Positions 12,767 to 24,297 of a stretch of DNA of 64,000 bases are shown piece by piece. Positions within the stretch are counted from its first letter, which is position 1. Each line of letters begins with the position of its first letter. The notes under the pieces are model-generated. The model did not search any database. It saw only the letters and a program-made list of their open reading frames with translations, and had not been told where the DNA came from. The stretch is taken from NCBI RefSeq assembly GCF_028641065.1, contig NC_073410.1:9238001-9302000 (forward strand). Reading direction: 5' to 3'. Source of the DNA: Leucoraja erinacea. Lineage: Eukaryota. The position numbers were made by a program, and so were the translations under genes.

Positions 12767-13863
12767 TGGCTTGCTTGGCCTTCTCTTTGTAGGTGGTGGT
12801 TAGCACCTCGTCCACGGGGTTGTTCACTGGGCCCACCATGGGCACCAGCTGTGTATCCCTCAGGCTGGGCATGTTGGGCAGGCTGGCGGTCGGCAGCAGC
12901 TTCTGCTCAGGTGAGCCGGCCTGGGCGTGTACCTCCTGGAAGCCACTGTCAGTTTCCGACGTGCCCAGGATCCCCTGTCGCAGAGGGACATCTTCGCCGC
13001 TGGACTGGGCAGACCAGGTGTTGGCATAGGCGGGGTTGGTGTTGGGGTTGGTGTTGGGGTAGATGGGGTTGGTGTTGGGGTAGGTGGGGTTGGTGTTGGG
13101 GTAGGTGGGGTTGGTGGTGGGTTTGGTGGTGGTTGGGGTAGGTGGGGGTTGGTGTTGGGGTAGGTGGGGTTGGTGTTGGGGTAGGTGGGGTTGGTGGTGG
13201 GGTTGGTGGTTGGGGTAGGTGGGTTTGGTGTTGGGGTAGGTGGGGTGGTAGTTGGGATAGTTGGGGTTGGTGGTAGGGTAACAGGGAGTGGGCTGAGTGT
13301 GGCTGCTGGGGGTGAGGATAGTGTGGGCGAGACCAGGCTTGGGGTAAGTAGCCATCTCCACTTTGGGCTGCCAGATATTAATCTTGGCTTCCACCTTCCT
13401 GGGCTGAAACATCCTCGGGATTGCCCCTTGGGCGAGGCTGGGATGATCCAGACAGGCGGATGCTGCGGGTTCCGGCGACAGGGGACTCAGAGGGGAGCGG
13501 CAGTCGCTCCACACCGGCTCCGGGGCACTATCGTACTCGCTCTGCTCCGACGTCTCGTCGGCCGATCCCCGCACTGGCGCTCTGGGACCCGGCCAGCGCT
13601 TCTTCTGCCTCCGCTGCCTCTCGCTGGCCGTGTGATCCGCGTCGCTGTCGGTCTCACCGTAATACGCCTCGCTGTCCGGGGGCGATGTGTAGCACTCCGG
13701 CTGGCCACGGAGCCCGCTGGTGCCGCGGGATGCCTCTGCCTTCACACTGGGGGGCTCCCGCATTAGCCCGGGGACTTTTGAAGTTTCTTGGCTCCGTTCA
13801 CAGGGGGCGGTGGCCGGGCTGGTCTCAGATTGAAAGCTGCCAGTTGCCGGGCTGCACGAAATC
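12767..13863 (-). CDS. SYNPO2L: SYNPO2L coding exon 3 (1097 nt)
   Basis: Acceptor ttctAG at 13865-13864. The phase-2 junction AG|G continues ISCSPATG...MREPP in frame. Motifs YTSPPDSEAYYGETDSDAD and VPMVGPV...DEVLTTTYKEKAKQA. Donor GTAAGT at 12766-12761. Confidence 0.92.
13030..13278 (-). repeat. Coding tandem repeat, 21-nt unit (plus strand GGGGTTGGTGTTGGGGTAGGT), G-quadruplex-prone
   Basis: Directly visible. Encodes TNPTYPN, HQPHLPQ or PPTPTT depending on frame. Confidence 0.93.
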
Positions 13864-14629
13864 CTAGAAGAGGATTCAAGTTACTGGGATCAGAAGCGAT
13901 GGAACAATTAAACCCGGGATAGACTAGCACCCTCCTGGATTAGTGGCATCTCAGTGGCTGGCAGTGGCTGGCCTGGAATCAGTGGGTAAGAACGCCCGTC
14001 ATGGGTTCAAATATCAAGTGTGCGAAGTCACTCTCTCTCAGTCCCTTCAGCCAAGTTACAGAGATAAACTTTTAAACCGCATGTGGCTTTGTAGATGCTG
14101 AGGTTGTGGGGAGGGGACGAGGGCGTGTTGGGCGTTTTAAAGAACAGAGGCAGAAGGTGATTATATAACCCCGTCCAGTCGGATCTGACCATATCCTCCC
14201 CTGCCTGATTACCTATACATCCTTAATATATCTCACCCATGAATGCACTTCATGACATATTCCCACTAAAGTGTCCCCTAACACCAGAAGGGTTGAACTT
14301 TCTGCTAGTTGCAGTTATTCCACCCTGGAGAACTTGGCCAGGAAGTGTAATAAACATGATGTTCATCACACCTTCATTTCAGTACGTAACTAGGTTGACA
14401 TGCCTGGAACAATAATCAAGAACAGAATCTATGGGTAATATTTCACCACATGCAGTGTTGAGAGACCCTGGAATTCCAAACAGATGGAATAACATTTCTG
14501 CACTCTATCATATTCCTTTATCATTGAACCTTAACTGGGTTTGCCAAACATTTAAAAATCTAAGGAATGATAAACTGCTTAAATAAAGGAACTCAAGTGT
14601 TTGCATTTTAGACCGTCCGTGTTTAGTAC

Positions 14630-14781
14630 CTCTTGACCCAGATGCGCAGAGTCCCGTCTGAAGAGTCTATGATGTTCATTGCATCTGCATGTGAAATTCC
14701 ACTGCAAGATCTTCCATTGATGGTCAGGAGGGTATCATTCTCACGTAGCCCACCTCTACAAGCTTTCCCTCGCTTCCGCAC
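14630..14781 (-). CDS. SYNPO2L: SYNPO2L coding exon 2 (PDZ domain, C-terminal part; 152 nt)
   Basis: VRKRGKACRGGLRENDTLLTINGRSCSGISHADAMNIIDSSDGTLRIWVKR fits a PDZ domain. Acceptor ttccAG at 14783-14782; donor GTACTA from 14629. Confidence 0.93.
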
Positions 14782-17264
14782 CTGGAATAATCCGAGTAAA
14801 AGGATCTGTGATTTGATGCTAAACTCATTATTTTGCACTATTTAAAAAAAATCTCCTTCACATGAAATAAATGAATCATTACCTCATGCTTAAATTTTGG
14901 TTGGAAAATGAACTCTTATGCTCACTCTCCCAGATGTCATTTTTCTATGTTTCTATGTTTCTATGTGATCTGTGTTTAGTTGATCTGTTACTATCAGGAC
15001 AATGAAATCAGCCAAACTGGAGCATGAGATTGAGAAATGTTCAGTTGGAGTTACACCCAATGCCAATTGTTTCAGAAACTGGAGCTAGTTTTTAAAACAT
15101 TGTGGTAGAATTCAGCAATAAAATGAATTATACTGCAGAAGAATGAATTATCTTGACACGTTGTTGCTAATTGCATCCATTACGGATATTCTTAGAAATA
15201 TTAATAGGCATAAAATACATTAATGGGAAAATTTCCAAAATATATAAATATGAAAAAAAAAATCCAATTTGACCATTATACACAAGTGATGCCAATAAAT
15301 GGTGCTGTTGAATTCAGAAAGTCAGTTTTGATTCAAGAATTGTCTCAGGTTGAGAGATTGACAAAAAAATATTTTTTGCAAAAATACATTTTCTGCTTTG
15401 TTAATGAAGCCACGTCATAAATAGAATAGAATAGAATAGAATGCATTTATTGTCATTCAAACCTAGGTTTGAACGAAATATCATTTCTACAGTTTTTTAC
15501 ATTACAAAACAATCAAGACCCACACTTAACACAGTTTACATAAACATCCATCACATTGAGTCTCCAACATCTCCTCACTGTGATGGAAGGCAAAGTCTTT
15601 ATCTCTTCCCTTTGTTCCTTCTCCCATGGTCCAGCAGTCCAACTGCAGTGTCGAGGCGAAATATACCAGGGATGTACAAAAAATATTTATAAATTACACA
15701 AACAACTGTACAATTTTGCTGGTCCATGTCCAATCATTGTACTTGACAATATGCAACCAGTTTGGAGCAAATCCCTAAGCTGGAGACAATCACACCCGAA
15801 ACGTTTGCTGAATTTGTGCTGAATTTACCAATAACCCTGAAAGCAGAAATATTAGGTCAACATCAGTAATTAGAGGTGAAGTCAATCCTACTCAGAAACT
15901 CCTAGCAGCTAACAATTTGTGCACAAAAGCTACCAGCACACTTATAAATTACTGTTCTTTTGAATATCAATTTACAAGTAAGTGTCTTCAAATCCCATCT
16001 ATGCTGAAGAAACTAAATACCGAATGTTGACTTGTTTAAAGGAAGATTCAAATGCCCCAAAACTTCGCAGGTGAAAAAGAAATCAACTATTTATTCAAGG
16101 TGTCCTACTTTCCCTCATGTCCCAATGTCCTCCGTAAACATCACCCGTGCAATCCAGTAACAGTGGAGAAAAGTGCCTCGAAAAGTATAGAGATGACCAA
16201 AAGTATAGAGATGACCAAAAGAATTGGACAAAATTATTATGATGTAGAACGCAGATTCAGATTCAAATAGCTAAAGACAACAAGGACAATTATATGTGGG
16301 TGACTTATTGGATAATGTCACTAGATAGCTGATTATAGGAGTTGTCCAACTCCTGGCATTGCAGCAGTGAAAATTAGTCATTGTCCAAATCCTGATTTTG
16401 ACTCCGTGAGTTATTGGGTGGGGATTACACAGAGGTTAGACGCAATGCCTTTGCTGAATAGCCTGCTCTTGCTTAAACAGCAACAGTGAGTCAGATATCA
16501 AAAGGTGACTCTTGTTTGTGAAGCAGTGCATCAGGAAAACATGTCCAGAATAGGACTGAAATAAGGTCCGACCAATATTTTTTGCAGAGTGGTTGATATC
16601 TGAAGCCAGAGAAGATGGTAGAATCAAATACCAGCACTGTGTTCAAGAGGCATAGAGACAGGCAGTTGACTAGGCAAGGCACAGAAGGATGTGAACCCAA
16701 TGAGGGGAAATGGGATTAGTGTGGATGAGCAAACAGTCACCATGGATCTAGAGGGCTAAATGGGCCATTTCTGTGCTGTATGACTGACAATTGAACAGCA
16801 TGTCAAGATGATTGGTAGCTAGTACATAAGATTTGTTCAAAACGCAAACTCAGGAGGTTAGGCAGCATCTGTAGAAGGAATGGACAGTTAACATTTCGGA
16901 TCAGAAGAGAATGGACAGGTGATGGTTTGGGTCAGGACCCTCCTTGTAATCTTTTAGCTGTGCAGCATTAAATTTTAAAAGCCAAGCACAGCAGATGCTG
17001 GAAATACAAAATATAACAAAAAATGCTGTCAATAATTAGCATGTCAGACAGTATCTGTGGTAAGAGAAATAGATTTAATGTTTTAGTTCAATGACCATTC
17101 ATCAGATAAACATTAACCGTTTCGTTCATTTCCAGCATGAAATTCCAAGTAATATCAACAAATTACACTGACATTTGTTCAAATTGTGCTTCATAAACTT
17201 CAATCTTGTGATCTTAAAACAAAGTAATCCCCCAAGCTGGGACAAGATTTTCACAGATAGATAT

Positions 17265-17680
17265 CAAAGAGGTCCACAAAAGATTAACGAGTTTGGTTCC
17301 TGACATGAGGGACTATGGTTACATGGATAGACAATAAAAGGTTGTTTTTTTTGGAGGAAGCTGATTGACATATAAAAAATGATGAGGGATATGAACAGAG
17401 TGGATAAGGGGGGGTGGGGGGGGGGAGGCTTTGATAGAGAGATTAAAAACTAAAGGTAACAGCAATAAGAAAAAGGGAAAGACTGACAAAAATCACTTAT
17501 GCAACATGCGATTAGAATCTGCAATGCATTATCTGCAGATGTGGTGGGAAGCATGCTTCATCGTGACCTACAAGAGGGGATATTTGGTGGAGACAAATGT
17601 GCAAGTTTCTGGAGAAGGGCCTAGTGGTAGAATTAGGTGGGCTAAATGCCTCCTTGTGTAATCTCCTTATGTTCTATGGT
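17265..17680 (+). mobile_element. Old degenerate CR1-like LINE 3' fragment
   Basis: Residual similarity to CR1 ORF2 (CAAAAGATTAACGAG...CTGATTGACATATAAAAAATGATGAGGG) and a TATGTTCTATG tail. Confidence 0.5.
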
Positions 17681-18339
17681 TCCATCTAATGTACAAAGGG
17701 GAATACAAACTAATTTAATCCAATCTATCTTCTCGATTTAAGTGCAGTATATTTTGGAATCTCCAATACTAGTGTGAAGCTCAAAGCACTTTTCGTGGGT
17801 TCAATTGGCATGGTAAAGAAAATATTTGTGGTGTACGACTCACAGGGACAATGAGGAGATTTGCACTGAAGTGTTTAATAGTGGAAGAGCTTGCATTCCT
17901 CCAGTATCTGTCACAGCCTTAGTAATTTACAATCATTGACATACTTTACAAGTGTATGCACTTCTGTAACTTAGGAAATGCAGCAGCCAAAATATGCATA
18001 ATAAACTCCCATAATCAGCAATGCAATGACCTTGATGAATTGATTGGAGAATTAATATTGGATCAAACTTCATATTGGACCCCGATACTCAGAGGACGTT
18101 TTGTGAGAAGATGTGCAATGGAACAAGTTCACTTGTGCAAAGCACAATTATTGCTGACGATGTAGATGAATCACACTGACTATGCATATAAATCTCAATT
18201 ATTAAAAAAGTATCAATCTTATCAAGATTGTTTGGAAGAAATTAGTGTCATTGGAAATAACAGCGTGTGCATTTTGTGACAGATAACAAGAAAGGTCAAT
18301 GATCCCTGTGATTGTCATCTTGTAGGGCATGACCATTTA

Positions 18340-18580
18340 GTTTGCAGATGTAGTACTGAACACCACAGGAGGTCCTTTTTCCCTGTGGCTATCAAACTGT
18401 ATAACTCCTCCTCTTCTGTCGTGGGGCAGACTGACTCCCCCCATCCTCCCTCCCAACATTTGTACATCCCCAATCCTTTCCACTCGTCACTTTAATTTAA
18501 TGTTTCATGTTTCTTGTGTTTTATGACAGTTGACAGACCAACTTCCCTCCTGGCATGAATAAAGTTCTATCGTATCGTCA
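18340..18580 (+). mobile_element. LINE 3' end (Rex1/Babar-like)
   Basis: Encodes TEHHRRSFFPVAIKLYNSS. The 3' UTR ends AATAAAGTTCTATCGTATCGT. Confidence 0.6.
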
Positions 18581-21139
18581 TGTGTTAGACAACGATAACT
18601 CCCTGATCTTCCCTTCATTGATGTAAAATAACAGCTTGTCCATACTGACTGCAACCTGCCAAAGATTGGCAGATCACTGACTGAGCTGGCTTAACTGCCC
18701 AAGTGGTGTAGACTTGCTCTATGAATTGTTGTTTACAAACACTTATTTTCTGATAACTAAATGACAATTATTTCAATCAGTGTGACTCCCTGATAATATT
18801 TGCACAATAGTCAGACATGACCAAATAATGGAAGCACAGGTCAGCTATAATTTTATTTCTCTCAATAGACTGTCTCATGGTTCAGAATCAACGTTAATAA
18901 ATACTAATATTCAACTGAAATCGTAGACATATCACAGGATGTGGCTTCTAATAGCAGTTGAATCGTCCCTGTATGGTTTGCTCAACCTACAGAATGATCA
19001 ATGCTGCTAAAAACTGCCCTGCATTGACCGCAATGTGCAAAAGTCTGTCTTTGTGAACCTGCCGAGTTGAGAGTTGAAGGCAAATCCCAAATTACTCAAT
19101 GCCCGAAAATAGCAATCGGCTCAATGACAGGTGTTATTGCAGGCGGTCCACACATTGCAGGCACTGCGCTTGGCTGTCATTTCACATGCATTATCTCTCC
19201 GCACACAGTTTATTTAAGGCACTAACTTATCTGGAATGCATGTATACCATTCCTCAGTAAGTATTGAGAAACAGTTTCTCTCACTCATGGCGCAGCAACC
19301 ATAAGTGTTTTTTAAGAGGCACAACCTATTTTCACTGGCTGACATCACTTTGTAACCTTCATTTCTTTCTCTCTGGGGTTTGCGTATCAGTTTCTTTCCT
19401 CTATCTTTTCCTCTACTTTTGAGAGCCAAGGATGTGAGTTTTTTTTGTGCTTTATTATTTATAGGAATTTAGTTGTCTAAACCTGGAACTGTTCCTGTTC
19501 GGACTTTGGGGATACCTGGATTGGATTGCATTGTGACTTCCCTGCACTTAGTTATGAAACACATGCGTAAACAAGAACCAACTGGCTGAAATACTGATAA
19601 AAACTTGAAATTAGCACCTTCAACAAAATGATTTACAGTGGGAAGATGACACAGTAATCTTGATGACAAGTTTAATTTGAACTTTACATAGTACATCTAA
19701 TTGTTGTGCCTTGGCATAGAACATTCAGGGCAACTTTAAAAAAAATATTTGACTGCAAAATCAAAGTATATATTGTTTCAGCAAAAGTGCAAACAGAAGA
19801 CTTTATTTTCAACCCATCTGATAAAAAAGTTATTAATTTTGTCAACTTTTCTAATGGAAAATAAATACAATTGCAGATCTTGGAATTATCCAACCGTCAC
19901 CCTTATCTACAACCTGACTGGGTTCCTGCTTCATTCTCAGCTGGTGACATGGAATTTGAAGTGCCTCTAACTTTGGTCCCTATCACCTCAAATGACATTG
20001 GCAGCAGGCACATACAGCATTAACGGAAGGGATTCATCAGTTCAAACTTAATATATTTCACATTTGCCTTTGGGTTAAAATCTTGGAAATCATAGTTAAT
20101 GGCACCCCATAGGCACTGTCACAACTTGGGATCCTGGTGAAATACAACATCATGTTTTGAAAGAAAATTACAGATGAGTAATTAGTGTCCCTCTTGCCAG
20201 CAATCCCCAGATCTTGTGAATTGAAAAAATCACCTTAAACTTACAATCCACAAACATCCTTCCAAAACCACATCTACCTGGTGTCAGCTGACAACATCTC
20301 ACCCTATGAAGTTAATGCATAAATTATATTTAAAATTAATTAAAAGGCAGACACACTAATTAAGAATGTTAATACACTCTGGTGCATCAGCTCAAAGTTT
20401 CAATCTAGACATCAGGAGCACTTAAAAAATAACCTTCTCAAAAGTCAATATTTTAGTTTTATTATGGAATTATGCCATATTACCAGGGCTAGTATGCACT
20501 GTTAATCCTCATTTATCTTTGAGATAGTGGTGGTGAGCACTTTCTTAAACTGCGCTGGTTAAGGTACTATCACAATGCTGAAGGAACGTATGATAGATCT
20601 CATTCAGGTGGAGTGATTCCAAGTAGGTTTATTTAGTTTCCATGGACCGACCACCCTTGTCCTTCTTAGTGGCAGAGACTGCAGTTTGGAGATTCTGTTG
20701 AAGTTGCCTTGGGAACTGCAGAACATTTGTTGGTGCACCATGCTGCTAACCAGATGTGGAGGGGAGGGGAGGGAGAAGGAAGGGGACAGAGAGGGAAGGG
20801 CTGGAGATGAAGAACAAACCCTAGTAACAGAGGTAATGACCAAATAATGACAGCTGTTGGTTGTGTTGGTTGGATGTGAGATAAATACCAACTAGGATAC
20901 CAGGGAGAATTAGTATACTTTGAAATGGACCTTTTACCTCAGAGAACAGACAGAGCTATGATTTATTTGCACAAATGTTTAATTGCCCCCAAAATCAGTG
21001 GTCATCTGTCTTGCACCATGTTGCTCTGGTGTGGGCTCTGGTACATATTCCTGGTTACCATACAGTTTCCTCCAGGCACGTGCAAGTAAGTCTTGAACTG
21101 TGCTGGTGAAGGTAACATCACAATGCTATCGGATACGGT

Positions 21140-21232
21140 CACCACGCACCATGCGCGCATCATGTGCACGTCATGCATCGTGACGCATAAATGATGTTGC
21201 GTAAATGACGCCCAAGTGGGACAGGCCCTTAA
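21140..21232. mobile_element. One end of a Harbinger-like DNA element
   Basis: A CpG-rich segment ends in AAGTGGGACAGGCCCT followed by TAA. This is the exact reverse complement of TAA+AGGGCCTGTCCCACTT at 54843-54861. Confidence 0.55.
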
Positions 21233-21364
21233 AAATTAAGAATCAAGGGGCACAAGGCAGGGAAGAAAAAAAGAATCTCTATCACTAGAGTAAAGGTGCA
21301 AACTAATGGGGCCAAAATTGAAGTAGTCCTCTGGATCTGATGGCATGGATCCTAGGATACATGG

Positions 21365-21555
21365 TGTTTAGGAAGGAACTGCAGATGCTGGTTTACATTG
21401 AAGATAGACGCAAAATGCTGGAATAACTCAATGGGTCAGGCAGCATTTCTGAAGAAAAGAAATAGGTTACGTTTCGTGTCGAGACCCTTCTACATCCTCA
21501 GTCCGTTGATGTTGCCTGACCCGCTAAGTTACTCCAGCATTTTGTGTCTATCTTT
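21365..21555. mobile_element. Penelope pLTR-derived short element (partial fold-back)
   Basis: GGAAGGAACTGCAGATGCTGG...TGCTGGAATAACTC...ACGTTTCGTGTCGAGACCCTTC, then an inverted arm GTTACTCCAGCATTTTGTGTCTATC. Confidence 0.7.
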
Positions 21556-21559
21556 AATA

Positions 21560-23005
21560 TCTGAACTCCATAGATGCTGGAGAATTCACAGTGGATTGGA
21601 GGATCACAAGGAAAATGGCACTGTTCAAAAAAGGAGACAGAAAGTTGGAAACTATAGACCAGTTAACATTATATTTGTCATTGAGAAAATGATTTTCATT
21701 ATTCATGATATTCATTATTAAAGATGTAACAGCAGGACAATTAAAAAAATGTCAGACAAAATGTCAGACAAACAATCAGAGTCAATTTAGTTTGAGGCAA
21801 GGGAAATTATATGTGACAAATCTACAAGGACTCAATGAGGATGTAACAAATAGAATGGATTGAGGTGAACCAGTAGATTTGGATTTCCAGGCATTCGATA
21901 AGGTGCCATGTAAAGGTTCATTGAAAAAGGCAAATGGGCATGGGATGGGGGTTAATATATGGGCATGCGTCGGTGAGAGGCTAATAAATAGAAAACATAT
22001 ATTTACGAGGTGGGTCATTTTCAGATTGGCCAGTCACGAGGGGGATGTGGCAGTCTTCAGGCCTGGGGCTTCAAATTTTTACAGGCTGTCCAGGGGAATG
22101 AATGGTTTCAATTTTACAGATATCTATTAGTCGATTTTGTCCATGTTGGAAAATACACAAAATTCACTCAATATAATAATCTACTGTAGAGAAAGGCATC
22201 AAAAGCACATAAGAATGATGTATTAAAAAAATAACTATGAAAAACAGAGGCAGAGAGGGGTTGTTTGTGGAAATCGACTTTTCTGTGCATTGAACTTTTG
22301 AATTTAATAATATTATGCATGAACATCCTTAGGTTTGGTGCCCATAACCGTGGGACAACCTGTACAATCAACATTGATGACGGGTGATCTTATTCAAATA
22401 AAGTTTGTCGATGTTAGAAAGATACGTAAGATATGATAAGGACATAAATCACCTCGAAAATTGCACAGTGAGCAGGTAACAAACTGGCAGATGGAAAATA
22501 ACATAGGAAAATATGAGACTATTTCAGAAGGAAGAATGAAATAGCGAATTATTATTTAAATGGAGTGAGATTACAAGTTCCCATGGTGTGCTAAGGTGTT
22601 GCCTTGGTGCATGAGACACAAATGAGTGGTATGCCGGACAGCAAGTAGTTAGGAAGATTAATGGGAACATTGGCCTTTATTTCAGAGTATGGACTACAAA
22701 GGTCAGGAATTCTTGTTGCATCTTTACAGGGCACCAGAGTATGAATGTGGTTTCAGTATTCATGGTCAAGGAAGGATATATTTACATGTAGGCAGTGCAG
22801 AGATCGTTCACTATTGATTCCTGCAGTGAAAGGGTTGATATATGTAGAAAGGTTTTGCAGATTGGGCCCGTGCTCATTGGAGTTTCGAAGAGTGAGAGTT
22901 GATCTTATTGAGACAGACAAGATTCTGAGGAGAATTAGCAGGGTGAATGCTGAGTGGATGTTTTCCATAGTGGTGGTATCTAGAGCTGGGGAATCGGCTT
23001 CGGAA
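21560..23005 (+). mobile_element. Long, heavily degraded CR1 LINE (reverse transcriptase region)
   Basis: Remnant peptides KKGDR/GNYRPV, LDFQAFDKVP and SLEFRRVRVDLIETDKILR; many stops and frameshifts. Confidence 0.8.
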
Positions 23006-23965
23006 TAGGACCTTTCTTCAGATGAGTCACATATCCATGCCTTCCAGAGATGCTGCTTGACCTGCTGAGTTACTCCAGCACTTTTTTTTGTTGTAAACCG
23101 GCATCTGCAGTCCCTTGCCTCTAGCTATGTGTGGTGCAAGGAAGCAAGGGTTTTGCAAAGAGAGCAGGAAAATGGTGTGTTGACCAATATTAGATTATCC
23201 AAAAATAAAAACAGAGAATATGTGAACCACTCATCAGTGATTTTGTTTCAGATTTTCACCATCTGCATTTAAAAGAATTCTCAGTTAGAGCCATAGTTAT
23301 TTTATGGAATAGTAAGCAGGCTATCGGTCTACTCCCTCCCTCTGTTTCTTAATTAAATCAACCTTACAGTATTTTAGATTATGGTCTATTAAGTGACTTG
23401 GCCAAAATCTTACTGCTGTTGACATTGGTGTCGATTGCACATATATAGCACTTGAAATCAAAATTGCACCTGCTCTCGCCATTTTACCCATAATAGCTTT
23501 GTCTGGCATTGTGGTCACGTGACCATCGGCACGTTGCCAGTCATTCCCATTCTCCTGGCCTTCTCCCTGACAGCAATCTGTCCCAATCCGTGTAAAATGC
23601 TTGTGGATGGAAATGAGCTCCGGAATGCCATGGCATGTGGTACTGGATAAAAATAAAAACTATTGCAGTATGCGTTCCACATCCAAAAATAGGACATCAG
23701 AGTGGGGAGGGAGCATTTGGCAATACTGTATATTCAGGAGCTGACCTAATATAAAACAATGCAACAGCTCAAATAAATAAAGGATAAATTAAATTTTTCC
23801 ATGCAATCTCGGTCTTTGGAAGGCAAGAGAGCCTTTCGCTTTATTAATACACCAAATCCTTTCACCTCATTCATTATCTTGTTACAAATATGTTGCCGAT
23901 TTTAAATGCTTTTATTTGATTTCTTTATTTTCTATTAAATCGTTGACAACATTAGCGACGCAGCA

Positions 23966-24297
23966 GTGCTGGTTTCCAGCGTGCTATCAAAATGTCAGTT
24001 GGAGGGATCACATCACCAACGCCCAGCTCGATGGGGAGATTCCATCTCTGACCGAGAAAATCAGGGGGAGAAGGATGAGGCTCGCTGGTCACTGCCGCCG
24101 CCACCCAGGAATGCCGGCAAACGAGGTTGTGCTGTGGGAACCCACCCATGGAAGACGTGACCCGGGACGGCCAAACAAGACGATGCTGAAGACGTTGATG
24201 GAAGACGCATGTGCAGAGACAAAAGAGGAGCTTGCCAGCTGCATGGAGGACAGAGATGTGTGGTGCGTCCTTCACCGTGCCCGTCGGAAACCAGCAC
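23966..24297 (+). mobile_element. RTE-clade LINE ORF C-terminal fragment
   Basis: NVSWRDHITNAQL...IRGRRMRLAGHCRRHP...VVLWEPTHGRRDPGRP...MEDRDVW is a typical RTE/RTEX post-RT region. Confidence 0.85.

Noticed and set aside
13030-13278. YPNTNPT heptad resembling the RNA polymerase II CTD (YSPTSPS)
   Set aside because: Only a superficial Y/T/P spacing match. It lacks the serines and is explained by a local minisatellite.
12793-13867. Several GC-rich plus-strand ORFs overlapping exon 3
   Set aside because: Shadow ORFs of a GC-rich exon and its repeat; no recognisable domain.
16181-16216. 18-bp perfect tandem duplication AAAAGTATAGAGATGACC (similar small duplications near 41321 and 62621)
   Set aside because: Ordinary slippage or repair duplications with no sign of function.
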